Positions 6,216 through 6,597 of a stretch of DNA of 6,597 nt are shown here, piece by piece. A model generated the notes under the pieces. That model searched no databases and was not told where the DNA came from. It worked only from the letters and a program-made list of their open reading frames with translations. Each line of letters opens with the position of its first letter. Within the stretch, counting starts at the first letter, position 1. Source of the DNA: a virus (Duplodnaviria; Heunggongvirae; Uroviricota; Caudoviricetes). The position numbers were made by a program, and so were the translations under genes. Where the stretch lies: IMG/VR virus record IMGVR_UViG_2740892442_000003; one strand, given 5' to 3'.

Positions 6216-6567
6216 TTAAGGTTGTGATTCCGGAGGAGTCTTCAGAGAACCAGTAATTATTCCCGGTAGCTTTCCTTTGTAGGTTATCCATACATTCTGC
6301 GCCTCTAAAATTACGGGGCGCTTTTCCGGCGACTGCTCATCCCCTTCACATAACCCGGCAGCAACATCCAGGAAGACCTGTCTGATGCTCCTTCTGGCTG
6401 CTGCCTCATAAAACTCCAGCGTGGCACCTTCAACACGGTCCAGCGAGATGTCCAGGTCAAAAATTTCACCGTCAAAGCGTTTTTTTGTCCCGTAACGCTA
6501 AAGTTACCGTAACTTTATTCTCAAAATTGCGGATCCCTTTCACAATCAGTTCATAGTTTTGAGTCAT
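6216..6567 (-). pseudogene. Small conserved-looking ORF upstream of endolysin, split by a +1 frameshift in an A7 run (possibly ydfR-like; tentative)
   Basis: ATG at 6567 with GGGGAGAG RBS gives MTQNYELIVKGIRNFENKVTVTLALRDKKTL then stop. The +1 frame continues from the A7 tract (T7 on plus strand, 6480-6486) as RFDGEIFDLDISLDRVEGATLEFYEAAARRSIRQVFLDVAAGLCEGDEQSPEKRPVILEAQNVWITYKGKLPGIITGSLKTPPESQP with no start codon of its own. Confidence 0.5.
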
Positions 6568-6597
6568 TGAATTACTCTCCCCGTGCAGCCTTACGAC

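Larger units (their letters stand above)
1..6597 (-). mobile_element. Late region (lysis cassette plus HK97-type packaging module) of a lambdoid prophage, apparently defective
   Basis: Collinear minus-strand genes for endolysin, Rz/Rz1, HNH endonuclease, TerS, TerL, prohead protease and a tail-fibre fragment; portal, capsid and tail genes absent. Gene order matches the lambda layout lysis - cos - terminase. Confidence 0.8.

Noticed and set aside
5534-6227. ORFs 5534..5860 (-), 5815..6219 (+) and 6039..6227 (+)
   Set aside because: Overlap the endolysin gene in the wrong frame or strand; the endolysin frame carries the catalytic E-D-T motif.
6206-6289. 27-aa ORF MDNLQRKATGNNYWFSEDSSGITTLSH immediately upstream of the endolysin, considered as a possible holin
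   Set aside because: No hydrophobic segment, and it lies within the frameshifted ORF's second reading frame region in another frame.

Overview
The window reads almost entirely on the minus strand and looks like the late (lysis plus DNA-packaging) region of a lambdoid prophage with HK97-type packaging genes, probably enterobacterial (inference from protein resemblance only; no search was run). Order along the minus strand, from high to low coordinate: a small ORF split by a frameshift in an A7 run; a SAR-type endolysin; a strong hairpin terminator; four tightly packed small single-transmembrane peptide ORFs; the Rz/Rz1 spanin pair; a 74-aa ORF coupled to the Rz stop; a divergent small ribbon-helix-helix-like gene on the plus strand; an HNH endonuclease; a cos-like intergenic region with five GTTAAC-core repeats; terminase small and large subunits; a second terminator; a prohead protease; and a tail-fibre fragment lacking its 5-prime end that runs off the window start. 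No portal, capsid or tail genes are present, so the element looks defective or heavily reduced. The most unusual feature is the small membrane-peptide array sitting between endolysin and spanin. No holin is visible in the window; it presumably lies just beyond position 6597. All calls rest on reading the translations and motifs by eye.
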